From positions 1 through 64,000 of the forward strand of contig NIVC01000761.1 in the NCBI GenBank assembly GCA_002269645.1: a stretch of 64,000 nucleotides of DNA. The letters are read 5' to 3'. Positions 50,701 to 64,000 of the stretch are shown here, piece by piece. Made by a program: the position numbers and the translations under genes. The notes beneath the pieces were generated by a model. That model worked only from the letters and a program-made list of their open reading frames with translations, had not been told where the DNA came from and ran no database searches. Position 1 is the stretch's first letter. Each line of letters starts with the position of its first letter. The DNA is from Macrostomum lignano (lineage: Eukaryota).

Positions 50701-52038
50701 TGTCAGTGGATGCATTCAGGGCGTCAGTGGATGCATTCAGGGCGTCAGTGGATGTATTCAGGGTGTCAGTGGATGCATTCAGGGCGTCAGTGGATGCATC
50801 AGGTGTGTCCGTGGATGCATTCAGGGTGTCAGTGGATGCATTCAGGGTGTCAGTGGATGTATTCAGGGTGTCAGTGGATGCATTCAGGGTGTCAGTGGAT
50901 GTATTCAGGGTGTCAGTGGATGCATCAGGGGTGTCAGTGGATGCATTCAGGGCGTCAGTGGATGTATTCAGGGTGTCAGTGGATGTATTCAGGGTGTCAG
51001 TGGATGCATTCAGGGTGTCAGTGAATGTATTCAGGGTGTCAGTGGATGCATCAGGGGTGTCAGTGGATGCATTCAGGGTGTCAGTGGATGTATTCAGGGT
51101 GTTAGTGGATGCATTCAGGGTGTCAGTGAATGTATTCAGGGTGTCAGTGGATGTATTCAGGGTGTCAGTGGATGCATTCAGGGTGTCAGTGAATGTATTC
51201 AGGGTGTCAGTGGATGCATCAGGGGTGTCAGTGGATGCATTCAGGGTGTCAGTGGATGCATTCAGGGCGTCAGTGGATGCATTCAGGGTGTCAGTGGATG
51301 CATTCAGGGTGTCAGTGGATGTATTCAGGGTGTCAGTGGATGCATTCAGGGCGTCAGTGGATGTATTCAGGGTGTCAGTGGATGCTTTCAGGGCGTCAGT
51401 GGATGTATTCAGGGTGTCAGTGGATGCATTCAGGGCGTCAGTGGATGCATTCAGGGCGTCAGTGGATGCATTCAGGGCGTCAGTGGATGCATTCAGGGCG
51501 TCAGTGGATGTATTCAGGGTGTCAGTGGATGTATTCAGGGTGTCAGTGGATGCATTCAGGGCGTCAGTGGATGTATTCAGGGTGTCAGTGGATGCATTCA
51601 GGGCGTCAGTGGATGCATTCAGGGCGTCAGTGGATGTATTCAGGGTGTCAGTGGATGCATTCAGGGCGTCAGTGGATGCATCAGGTGTGTCCGTGGATGC
51701 ATTCAGGGTGTCAGTGGATGCATTCAGGGTGTCAGTGGATGTATTCAGGGTGTCAGTGGATGCATTCAGGGTGTCAGTGGATGTATTCAGGGTGTCAGTG
51801 GATGCATTCAGGGTGTCAGTGGATGCATTCAGGGTGTCAGTGGATGCATTCAGGGCGTCAGTGGATGCATTCAGGGTGTCAGTGGATGTATTCAGGGTGT
51901 CAGTGGATGCATCAGGGGTGTCAGTGGATGCATTCAGGGTGTCAGTGGATGTATTCAGGGTGTCAGTGGATGCATCAGGGGTGTCAGTGAATGTATTCAG
52001 GGTGTCAGTGGATGCATCAGGGGTGTCAGTGGATGCAT
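47703..52038. repeat. 4.3-kb 20/21-bp satellite (GGGTGTCAGTGGATGCATCAG and variants)
   Basis: Direct reading; explains all SVDA, GCQW and GVSG ORFs. Confidence 0.97.
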
Positions 52039-52077
52039 AATTTCGGGGTTTGAAATAAATCAAGAAACAAAAGAAAC

Positions 52078-52372
52078 AATATATTTTTAACAGATATGCA
52101 AGATGCACATTTAAACAAAGACCAAGTGCAACTAAATCGATTTTATTAGAAAATATTTTTAACAGATATGCAAGATGCACATTTAAACAAAGACCAAGTG
52201 CAACTAAATCGATTTTATTAGAAAATATTTTTAACAGATATGCAAGATGCACATTTAAACAAAGACCAAGTGCAACTAAATCGATTTTATTAGAAAATAT
52301 TTTTAACAGATATGCAAGATGCACATTTAAACAAAGACCAAGTGCAACTAAATCGATTTTATTAGAAAATAT
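52078..52372. repeat. 72-bp AT-rich tandem repeat x4
   Basis: Essentially identical copies; translates as the 24-aa repeat LLKIFSNKIDLVALGLCLNVHLAY. Confidence 0.93.
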
Positions 52373-52837
52373 TATTCGAATGTTTATAATAAATAAATAT
52401 TCGATCAAAGAAAATTATGAAAGCAATAGAAATCAGGAAGTTTTTTGTTAATTTAAAAAACGCGACACCTGTAATTTTTATAATGCAAAGCTATAATTCG
52501 ACGGAAATAACGGTCGATGTAGTTGTAAATATTTGGCGGAAATTGAGCTCTATTTTTCTAGAATTATAAGCCCGTTACCTTGCAAAAATCGTGCGACAAC
52601 AGAATAGTAAGATTTGAAATGCTTGTACTTAGCTACTTAGTAAAGTCAGTAGCCATTGGCAGGTGATAATACTTAGCTAGAAGAAAGTATGTACGGAATT
52701 TAATTATTACAACCTTCGAACTAATGGTAGCTAGTAATAAAAACTTTATTAATAGTAAAAACCTAAATCTGACAAGCAGCTCCAAGAACAATACAAAATT
52801 ACAGTGGAGATCTAGCAATCTTTTTGACAATCTCCCG

Positions 52838-53478
52838 TGGAAATCTATCAAGCAACGAGACAATCTACTGTAGAAATCTATCAAGCAACGAGACAATCTA
52901 CTGTAGAAATCTACCAAGCAACGAGACAATCTACTGTAGAAATCTACCAAGCAACGAGACAATCTACCGTAGAAATCTACCAAGCAACGAGACAATCTAC
53001 CGTAGAAATCTACCAAGCAACGAGACAATCTACTGTAGAAATCTATCAAGCAACGAGACAATCTACTGTAGAAATCTATCAAGCAACGAGACAATCTACT
53101 GTAGAAATCTATCAAGCAACGAGACAAACTACTGTAGAAATCTATCAAGCAACGAGACAATCTACTGTAGAAATCTACCAAGCAACGAGACAATCTACTG
53201 TAGAAATCTATCAAGCAACGAGACAATCTACTGTAGAAATCTATCAAGCAACGAGACAATCTACTGTAGAAATCTACCAAGTAACGAGACAATCTACTGT
53301 AGAAATCCACTAAGCAACGAGACAATCTACTGTAGAAATCCACTAAGCAACGAGACAATCTACTGTAGAAATCTATCAAGCAACGAGACAATCTACTGTA
53401 GAAATCTACCAAGCAACGAGACAATCTACTGTAGAAATCCACTAAGCAACGAGACAATCTACTGTAGAAATCTACCAA
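52838..53478. repeat. 33-bp minisatellite (TAGAAATCTATCAAGCAACGAGACAATCTACTG)
   Basis: Direct reading. Confidence 0.95.
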
Positions 53479-53949
53479 TCCTTCGGACGACTGTGCTTTG
53501 AGTATAATAGAAAAAATAAAGGCAAAAAATAAACACGAAGTTTATTTCTCTAAAGAAATAAAGCATTGTTTCGTGCATTCATAGTGCACTGTTCTGAATA
53601 AAAATAGGCTAGAAGTCTACTATGGTAAAAAAAAACATGTAGCCTGTCAAGTGTAAGAGGTACAAATTATTAAAACGAATAGCAACTGTATGACAATAAA
53701 TATTCGCTATAGTAACATAAGTATGCGAGTCTTAAACGACAATTAGTCATGACTTTCCATTGCCCAAAATGGGTTATATTTACACGAACGAATATCATGT
53801 TTCCCATGCGAGCACATACATAGCACGAAAATCACGTATAGGTTGTAGGATTAATACACATGTATCACTACCATGTGTTTTATGCTGGATAAGTCAGATA
53901 TAAATATACACAGCAGACGAATTGAGAGAGAAGCAGGCATACACTGATG

Positions 53950-55060
<1,111 letters not shown>

Positions 55061-55063
55061 TAA

Positions 55064-56053
55064 TTAAACATGCAGAACTTCGGGTGTCTGCGGAGTATCT
55101 GGATAGCGAATTGGTCGGTTAGTTTCTTCAGCTCGCACCAGTCGTTCCGATTCAACTTTCGGACCAGTAGTGCTGCTCGGAGAGGACGAGTCACTTGGCT
55201 GCCGCTCAGTGGCCTCTTCGCCCTCTGCAACAGCAGGGAGCTGCTGGACAGGCTGTCCTGTGGCCACACTGAAGTCCGCCGGTGACTGAGGATACTGGTT
55301 CACTGAAATCGTGTCGTTATCAGATCTAGCTAATGGTGGCGCTGTCGGAAGCAGAGGCTGATTAGTAGCTTCTTCATCTTGGTCGACTTGATCTTCATGG
55401 ATGGAATTAGTAGAAGCTTCAGTTTCATCAACAAATGACACTGTGGCTCGTACGTTTGACCCCATCTGTGAGGCTGATGACGCAAGCAGATTTAATTGGA
55501 TTGCATCGCGAGTGTTAGTGTTCTGTCTAGATATTTTCACGACCACAAATCCAATTAGAGCAAAACTGCATAGCGCCAGAGTGGCAAGAATTGCGACAAG
55601 TAAGACCATAGGGCTGGCTGCCACATCTGCAGACTGAATGGATGGCTTTTCGATAACTGTGTTAGAATTAGTGGCTGCGGTAGTACCAGTGGTTGTTGTT
55701 GGTGTTGTTGTCACTGTCACTGTTGTTACCACGGGACTCTCAGCACTAGTGGTTAGGCCAGGCTTATTAGCCGTGGAAATCGGAATGAACAAATCGGTAC
55801 ACGAGTTTTCCGACTTCCATTTTTGGCACAAAGAATTGTAGAATTCCTTAGAGTTTTCATTCATAACAACACTGTCTAAGCATGAGGATAGTTCTGATGT
55901 GCACTGACTGCAAGAGCAAGCATCGTTCCTATATTGAACTCTGAAGTCGCATTTTTCAATTGGATGCTCTGAGCAGATGGACAGCTGATATGTAGAATGC
56001 ACCATAGATAGCAGAACCAGCACAGGCACCAGACCAGAATTCAGCATTGCCAT
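55064..56053 (-). CDS. Orphan type-I membrane protein, 329 aa (Cys-rich ectodomain, Thr-rich mucin stalk, TM, long acidic/Pro tail)
   Basis: Signal GLVPVLVLLSMVHS, ectodomain CSCSQC...LCQKWKSENSC, TM MVLLVAILATLALCSFALIGFVVV + KISR. Uninterrupted non-repetitive ORF. Confidence 0.8.
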   Translation of the reverse strand: MAMLNSGLVPVLVLLSMVHSTYQLSICSEHPIEKCDFRVQYRNDACSCSQCTSELSSCLDSVVMNENSKEFYNSLCQKWKSENSCTDLFIPISTANKPGLTTSAESPVVTTVTVTTTPTTTTGTTAATNSNTVIEKPSIQSADVAASPMVLLVAILATLALCSFALIGFVVVKISRQNTNTRDAIQLNLLASSASQMGSNVRATVSFVDETEASTNSIHEDQVDQDEEATNQPLLPTAPPLARSDNDTISVNQYPQSPADFSVATGQPVQQLPAVAEGEEATERQPSDSSSPSSTTGPKVESERLVRAEETNRPIRYPDTPQTPEVLHV

Positions 56054-56654
56054 TGTAAAAAATCTAAAAAGACAATAGAGTTATATTGTAAGTGTCATAC
56101 TGGGAACCATAAATCTATTATTATTTTTAAGATAAATGAAATAAAAAGAAGCAAGCAAAATATAAAATTATTAATATTAATATTAATATTAATAATATTT
56201 ATATAATATAATATTTATAAATTATAAATTATAATATAATTATTATAATATTTATAATAATATTTATATTAATGTATAAATTTGTATAATGTCAACTAAA
56301 AATACAAATATAAATAAAATATAAAACATAGAACTAAATTTGATCAAGTTTAACACCCCTATTACCTTTACTAAATTTAATATTTTATTTATTTATTTAA
56401 TCTTACTACTTTTTATACCTTAGCTTTACTTATAAAGGTCTAAATGCTTGAACATCTTTACATTGTCTTGGCAGTTGTTTGTTATCAATATGGTAACCAC
56501 ATAAAAATGAGTGATTAAGAGGTAGTCTGGTCTTCAATTTAAATTTTTTATATTAGATTTTTTATTTTTGTTTGACTTGATTTATTTAGAAAAAAAGAAA
56601 TATATTAGCCAAAAAAGCAAATTTGCAAATGTAAATTTTCAATATCAATTCACT

Positions 56655-56960
56655 GTGTAATCTAAATATACTAAATCTCTAAGGTTTGTTTGTATGCTTG
56701 CTTGTCCATCTATCTTCTAAATATACTAAATCTGAAAAGTTTCTATATATATATATATGTACATAATCCATTTTAAAGAAATTTATTCAACCGATTTTTT
56801 CAAACTTACACCATTCGATCAGAAATTCTTGCAAATCGGTAGAGTTCTCTTGGCTAAGAGATTGCTTCATTTTAAAGGGATTCAATATTCGAAAAAACTG
56901 TATTTTCCCTATCTAATTAGTGTATTTTTCTCGCAGTGAGAGCTCAATATGTCTACAGCC
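56655..56960 (+). mobile_element. Non-autonomous Helitron-like (HINE/DINE-1-type) fragment
   Basis: ATCTAAATATACTAAA..GTTTGTTTGTATG 5' end followed by CAACCGATTTT..AAACTTACAC, a pattern typical of these elements as recalled. Confidence 0.45.
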
Positions 56961-57469
56961 ATAGACTAAACTTCAATTCTTGAGCTGATGCAATGAGTTA
57001 TAAATAGTTATACCTAGCTTGTTAAATTTTACAATTTATTATGAATATCTTCGTCTTCAACTTGTTTGAAACCTGAACTGATTGTCTGAATTAAAGCTGG
57101 GTGTTACAAAATGTGCATAATCACTTGAACAGAAATGCCTCAACGACATTGCGCTACGTTTAAAAGGGAATTGCTGAGATGTCAAGGCTTAAGAGGGAAT
57201 TGCTGAGATGTCAAGGTCTAATGGGAAATTTCAGGGATGTAAAGTTCTGGGGTGAATGGCTAAGATTTCAAGGCTTGCTGGGGTATAATTGCTTAGAAGT
57301 CAAGGCTTATTGTGGGAATTTTTGAGATATCCATTTTCACTGGGCGGAATTGCTGAGATATCAAGGCTCACTGGGGGAATTGCTGAGATATCAAGGCTCA
57401 CCAAGGGGAATTGCTGAGATATCAAGGCTCACTATTGGTGGATAATCATTGGTGGAATTGCTGCGATAT

Positions 57470-58268
57470 ATAACTGTCTAATGGGTGCTGTTGTAAACTG
57501 TCTAATTGGTGCTGTTGTAACTGTCTAATGGGTGCTGTTGTAAACTGTCTAATGGGTGCTGTTGTAACTGTCTAACGGGTGCTGTTATAACTGTCTAATA
57601 GGTGCTGTTGTAACTGTCTAACAGGTGCTGTTGTAACTGTCTAATGGGTGCTGTTGTAACTGTCTAATAGGTGCTGTTGTAACTGTCTAATGGGTGCTAC
57701 ATGTATTGTAAACTGTCTAATTGGTGCTGTTGTAAACTATCTAATTGGTGCTGTTGTAACTGTATAATAGGTGCTGTTGTAAACTGTTTAACGGGTGCTG
57801 TTGTAAACTGTTTAACGGGTGCTATTGTAACTGTCTAATGGGTGCTGTTGTAAACTGTCTAATTGGTGCTGTTGTAAACTGTTTAACGGGTGCTGTTGTA
57901 AACTGTCTAACGGGTGCTATTGTAAACTGTCTAATGGGTGCAATTGTAAACTGTCTAATGGGTGCTGTTGTAAACTGTCTAACGGGTGCTATTGTAAACT
58001 GTCTAATGGGTGCAATTGTAAACTGTCTAATGGGTGCTGTTGTAAATTGTCTAATGGGTGCTATTGTAAATTGTCTAATGGGTGCTATTGTAAACTGTCT
58101 AATGGGTGCTGTTGTAAACTGTCTAATGGGTGCTGTTGTAAATTGTCTAATGGGTGCTATTGTAAATTGTCTAATGGATGCTATTGTAAACTGTCTAACA
58201 GGTGCTATTGTAAACTGTCTAATGGGTGCTGTTGTAAACTGTCTAATGGGTGCTGTTGTAAACTTTCT
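57470..58268. repeat. 23-24 bp minisatellite (AACTGTCTAATGGGTGCTGTTGTA)
   Basis: Direct reading; preceded by degenerate ~30-bp repeats at 57170-57450. Confidence 0.93.
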
Positions 58269-58672
58269 AAATTTTTATGTCCTGCAAAGTGGGTCTAATT
58301 GCTAGTTTGGACTAAATAACTAATTTTGCAGTGGTGCAACATAGCACCAAAATTTAACAATTTTTCACTAGATAGTTCTATGCCATCTACATAGTTATTA
58401 TGGTTAATAGTCATTTTGTCTGTTGCTAGTTTGTCTCCCACTCTTTCCTCTGCAAAAATATAATATAGTCATTTTGTTTACCACAAAATATTAAACATGA
58501 TATCAGTATTAATATGTATACTTGTATAATATTAAAAACAATTATCTGAAAATCATAAAATACTTCTAATAAAGATAATAAACTCATTTTGTTAGAAGTA
58601 CAAGCGTATATAAAAATATGGTTTCTAGAAGGACCCAAATATTGACCTATATATGGCTATATATATATATAT

Positions 58673-59130
58673 ATCTCTACATATAAAAATCAAAACTCTG
58701 TCTGTCTATGTGTGTGTCTATGTGTCTACAATTTAGATCACTATGGACTCCCAAACTGCTCAACCAAATTACAGTAAACTTTACACCTACCCTAAACTTA
58801 CTATGGAGAATGTCTTAGGCTACCTTAAAATTTCCTAGACTGAAGTCTTTGTACCTAAAAGTACAAAAAACTGCTCAAAATGTGAGATTTTTTTACTGAA
58901 TCCTCCATAGTGCCGCTCCACTTCTACCGATCTTCTTCAAATTTGACACAGATAATCTTTAACTATTTTGGCACAATCATGTAAAATTTCAAGTCTCAAA
59001 GTTAATCCTGAGCAATGCTCTGCACTTTTAAAGTTAGGCTGTTTTTTTTCTACATAGCAACCACCCCAGCCTCCACCTGCCAGCACCTGCCTCTCTTTCC
59101 TGATCTGGGCCCAGATGTGTAAAAGGGGTT
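58673..59130 (+). mobile_element. Decayed non-autonomous Helitron-like (HINE-type) element
   Basis: ATATCTCTACATATAAAAATC..TGTCTGTCTATGTGTGTGT..AAACTGCTCAACCAAATT..AAACTTTACAC; 3' end not located. Confidence 0.45.
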
Positions 59131-61276
59131 TCAAAATTGACTAACTTTCAGCTGCCATAAGTTTGTTCCACATAAAGCGATTGACTTTAAACTTGACACA
59201 ATTTTTCATTAACTGAAAAAATGAAAAATTGAAATTTTTCAAGATTGATACAGACTGCAGTGAAGCTAAAGTTATATAAATTCCTTTCAAGACTGCAAAT
59301 TGGCAAGAAAGATGACATGATAAAAGCCTGAGAACAACCATGAGAATAATAAGTCCCACAAACTGGCTTTCCAAGCAGGGATAGGCAGACTTTTATCTCA
59401 AAGGCCAGATAAAGAATCAAGCTCATGGCTAAGGGGCAGATGAGTGGAAAGAAGGAATAGATGATTAGAAAGAGAGCAAAGGCAAGAGAGGGGATAAGAG
59501 AAAATATAGAAGATTCCACAGATTCTCAAATCCCAAATAAATCTCTAGATCCAAACAACAACTTTTGAAACCATATTGGGATTCCAGATAGTCAAAATCT
59601 GCAGAAATTATCACATCCTTTTTCAATAGCTTGTTTAATTTATATCATACTGTTTTTAAATAGTGCAATAAACAAAATTATATATACAGAATAATATCAT
59701 TATAGCTTTCTGTACAATTTGCTACTTTCCTAGTCATTTCTTAGTTCACCTTCACTTGTCTCTGTTTACTTTGTTTTCTCTCTCTCTGTCTAGCTCAATC
59801 TTGTTATTCTTATTTGTCTCCCTCGCTGCCTTCTGATTGGCTCACTAGTCTCGCCTCTCTCTTCAGTTGCGCACTCTACCCCTTTCTTTTTATTATCTGC
59901 AATTCAACCCCCTAAGTTAATATCTGGTATAAATATATCAGTTTGGGTCCTGCGCCCACTTATTGCTCCAATTTAACTCTAATTAAATAGTCTTTAGTTT
60001 AGTTTTAGTATTTTCTCTACAATATCTTATCTTATATTTTTTCTTTTCTTTTAAAAAAGTCACTTTGTCTGCCAGTGTAGTATGGCATTTTGGATGGGAA
60101 CTGGTTACTCTAACCCTAACCCTAACTCCCAATTATATACGTGACTATTGATTGCTCAGCACCCTTCACTTGATTAAAATTAGTAAATGTTTATATATTG
60201 CCATCTACAACTTTGACAAATACAAAGCTTCTAGTTTATTTGGGTCACACATTTATTAGTTCTTGATTTAACCTGACTTCATTTGCCTTTATTTCCTTTT
60301 AAACATTTTAAAACATACTTTTACAATACATAGCACAAAAAGGTGCAGCTAGTCAGCATTCATGCGCAGCTTATTAGCTAGAAAAGGATGGTGCGATTCC
60401 AAAGATAGTATCATTTAAACTTGCAGGCAAATTGCTTCCGCCTTTGGGATAAGTAAGCCCCTTATAGCAGTGGTACCCAGTCAGCCATGTCTCTGCTAGA
60501 GGCCTGCTCAAACCTAATGGCAAATTTTGTTAAGTGACATTTCTAATCTCACTCTGCAAACTCAATTGTGACACATTCAGTTATATTTTTTCATTTGTTC
60601 TCAATTCATTTATTTATGTTTCCTGTCTTAGACAGATTTTACAACATTGAGCATTGCAATAAAACATTTCTGCAGTTTGTCTGCATACATGAAAATTTTC
60701 TTAAATTACATACAAGCATACAACTGATTAAAAGAATGTAGACCAAAGCATACATATTGAAATTAGTTGCTTATCGACATTGAATTACAACAAAATCTCA
60801 AAATTCTTATGATTACAAAGTATTATTGCAAATAATGATTTACAATAATATAAAAGTAATCAATTATTCAATACTAACTTTTAAAATAAAAACAAAAACT
60901 TTAAACATACAATCAAAGCTCTATACTCTTTTGTCACCAAAGTAAACTGTCACTAAAATAGATAACACCAAAGTGACTGTCATCAAAATAATTATAATTT
61001 TTTCAGATATGGTATAATATTGTGAGTAATAATGAAATTTAATAATTCATTAAATAAATTCACTAAAAATTCATGCACAAGCACTAAATACTAACATGCA
61101 ATAATTAAAGTACAAATACATACATTAAGTTTGTAAGTTTGTTTTAATGCACTGCCACTTAAATATTTGGTATAAATATAGTGTGCATTGATCTTAATTT
61201 TTGTACTTTTAAGTGACTTTTTTGTACTTTCATAGGACTTATAAGTGATATAGTTTCCTAGTTCTATATTGGCTCC

Positions 61277-62104
61277 CAGTGTTTGGCACTATTAATGAAA
61301 ATCTTAACTTCTGTTAATAGCAAAAGTGTTAGCATTAAAACAAAAAATCTTAACTTATTAACCTTTAATTTCATTAAGTTAACTGAAAGTTAACTGATAA
61401 TCATTAATAAGCATTAATCTGGTAAAGTTACCATAGAAAATATAGAAATCTTATACTAATTTCCAAAGCAGACTTCATAATACACTGCTTTGCTTTTCCA
61501 CCTTTTTAGCAAAACACAGAGGTCATCTAAGCAATTTGCAAGCTAAAAGGTAATAAATAATATTTTAAAAAAACTTGTATGCATAATACTACCAAAAGTA
61601 AGCATACCATAAAAGAATAAACTCAGCTATTTGAAACTTGAAAGCTAATTAGTTAATCATAAAATACAAATAGGAAGGTTGTCTTAATAGCATTAACAGG
61701 CGCAGCAAAAAATACAAAAGATTGGAAAAGAAGTGAATCAAAGCAATCGGTGCTCACGCGCAACAATAAAGTTAAAAATTTAATTTATTATTAAAGTTCA
61801 TTAGTAAGACGTTGTTACATTTGCATGATCATTGTCATAAACAAAGATATTAATTAGGCATTTAGGTAAATTTGAATACACTTGTAATGTTGTAACTTCT
61901 CGTCAGACTTTTATTTTAGTTTTTTTTCTTTGCATCTTTATTTGGTCATTGACACTGCCATTAACATTGACAATGAATTTGTTGTTAACTCATACAATTA
62001 TTAACACAAATTAATTAATCTGTTAGTTCAAAAAATTTTAACGGCAATCTGTTAATGTTAATGAAAAATCTTAATGCTTATTAATGGACTGGTGCCCAAC
62101 ACTG
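61277..62104. mobile_element. Non-autonomous hAT element (828 bp)
   Basis: TIRs CAGTGTTTGGCAC / GTGCCCAACACTG; 8-bp TSD TTGGCTCC at 61269-61276 and 62105-62112; subterminal TTAAC/TTAAT motif clusters at both ends. Confidence 0.88.
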
Positions 62105-64000
62105 TTGGCTCCAATATAGCCTGGTCTTGTGCATTAGATTATTAGGCCAGGCCAATACTTGAGTTAATATAGAGCACTAAGCTAATTAAACTTAGGCCTA
62201 CTGATAATGATTAGTCTTAAATACTAAAGTATCAGAATAAGGTGTAAGTCCAAGGTCTAAATATTATTATACTCTAATAATAGACTGTGCTCAAAAGAAA
62301 TACCTCTAGAGGTAGACCTAAAGTAAAGATTATATAGGGCACTATAGTCAGGATGATATACATTATGCCAGAAATTTCTAGTGTACAATTGAAAATTTTA
62401 CTTAGCCTACAATTGGCATAAAAAATGAGTCAAAATATATTTGACATACCTTTTAGCGTGACGCCGTGGCATAAATATGCCAAGTAGCATATGCCAACTC
62501 CAACCTTCACGCCAAAGTTAATATTAACAATTGTTGGCATAACGCCATAACCTCAGAATCTTATTATAAAATCATAAAAACTGTAAAGCTCGTAAGATGA
62601 AAATTTTATAACTATTTGTGATTTATAAAAATTTAAAATTCCACGCAAACCAATTGTGTAATTTTCTACAAAAAACTTCAACAGAAAATTGATTTTTGTT
62701 GGCATTATCTGTAAGCCAAAATACTTTAAATGAAATCCACAATTTGTTAAATAATTTAAAGAAAAATGTATAACACACAAAGAAGGTCATTTATTGTCCC
62801 AAAGCCTAGAAAACCTGGTGTAAGTTCCTAGGACCTTGGCATACATTTCAGTATGAAGTGGCATAGATTTTAGGGGACTTTTTATTCCGGCATATACCAC
62901 GAGTCCATGACATGATCCTGACTAGGCCCCCCTATGCCTATGGATAATGTATAACAAGGTCTAAGAATAGTATATATATGTACAATGTACAAGGCTTAAT
63001 TATTCATATTCTATGTGAGTGAGTTAGGCCCTATTAATTAGTAAAAAACAAGCCTCAATTTGCTTTAGATTTTAATCAAATGTAATAAAAATGCATACTT
63101 TTTCTAAAAGCAAAAAACCATAAAACCCAAGGCAAGTGCCAAGTTGAAAACCTAAATACCTTAATAAGCAACATTTTGTTATTACTTATGAATACTTTTT
63201 CATTACCATTATTAATGAAAAAATAGAAGAAACCTAACTTACCAGGCCTGCAATGTTCTTCGATTCTAGGCCCTAACCTTTTTTAACCAATAGGCCTAAC
63301 CAAATCTATTACTGTGTTGAAGCTGACAAAACACTCTATCTTTCAATTGCTCTATTCCTTGTTCTAAGTTAAGCATTTGCAGAGCAGACTTCATTCTCAG
63401 GCAGGGCTGACCCAAGGCTAGCCCAAAGGTGGACCACGGCAATTCCATAGTAAACCCACGGAGTAGATTTAAGTTATGGAACATGAAATTATATTTTGGT
63501 GTTTGAAAATGAATTTTTTCTATATCATAAAAATCTCTATAAATATGTTATTTATAACTATTTTTAAATACTAAAAACTTTAATAACTTAAAAATGCCTA
63601 AAGTTCTCGAAAATAGAGTTATCTTTTTTATAATATGTACTAAAAAAGTGTTTAGTTTAAGATTAGCTGTTTCTAAGAAAGTGATTTTATAAATAGAGTT
63701 ATGTGCAATTCAGTGGTTGATAGACCTTGTTTTTGTTTTTAAGCAGCACATGTGTCATATTCGTAGTCGCTTCGCAGGTAAAAGTAACAGTATTTTTTTA
63801 TCCGGTTTTACTAGTATTCATCAGCTGTCCTTAATTAATAGTGGCAACCATAATAAGCAAAATTATAATGAACTCATTTTTTTAGCACAATTATAATAAT
63901 TTTGTTTTTCCTGATATCTTTAACTTTTTTTTAAAAAGACATTGTCAAATTGTCCAGGGTCAATGTTTTTCTTCCAATTTTAAATTGAATATTTTGCATT

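Noticed and set aside
47708-53501. Very long ORFs up to 770 aa (ASTD, SVDA, EIYQATRQST)
   Set aside because: Satellite translations in multiple frames, with no unique coding flanks or splice context.
59141-59519. Hydrophobic ORFs in the AT-rich tail
   Set aside because: Composition-driven Phe/Leu/Ile richness with no motif; lies in decayed TE-like DNA.

Overview
Eukaryotic animal genomic DNA with GT-AG introns and extreme tandem-repeat content. The gene content and style suggest a free-living flatworm such as Macrostomum; this is inference, not checked. Genes reconstructed by hand: (1) the 3' half of a jitterbug-type filamin (+, 33-4711) with several single-base frameshifts; (2) two tandem AANAT-like GNAT acetyltransferases (-), one with an intronless CDS and one with a minisatellite-filled intron; (3) a multi-exon GluR0-like ligand-gated channel with a complete K+ filter TTVGYGD (+, ~12.3/13.96-23.8 kb), invisible in the ORF track; (4) a complete 9-exon CaMKIV (-, 25921-30153); (5) a 2.3-kb element with ~210-bp terminal inverted repeats carrying a USP/peptidase C19-like ORF; (6) an ankyrin-repeat cGAS/Mab-21-like nucleotidyltransferase (cGLR) (-, 38312-41842); (7) four intron-poor orphan type-I membrane proteins on the same strand around the cGLR, two sharing a Cys-rich ectodomain. 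Also present are hAT MITEs with 8-bp TSDs, a CORE-type SINE, Helitron-like fragments and more than 25 distinct mini/microsatellites, which account for most long ORFs in the supplied track. The last ~8 kb is AT-rich, appears CpG-poor and has no recognisable genes.
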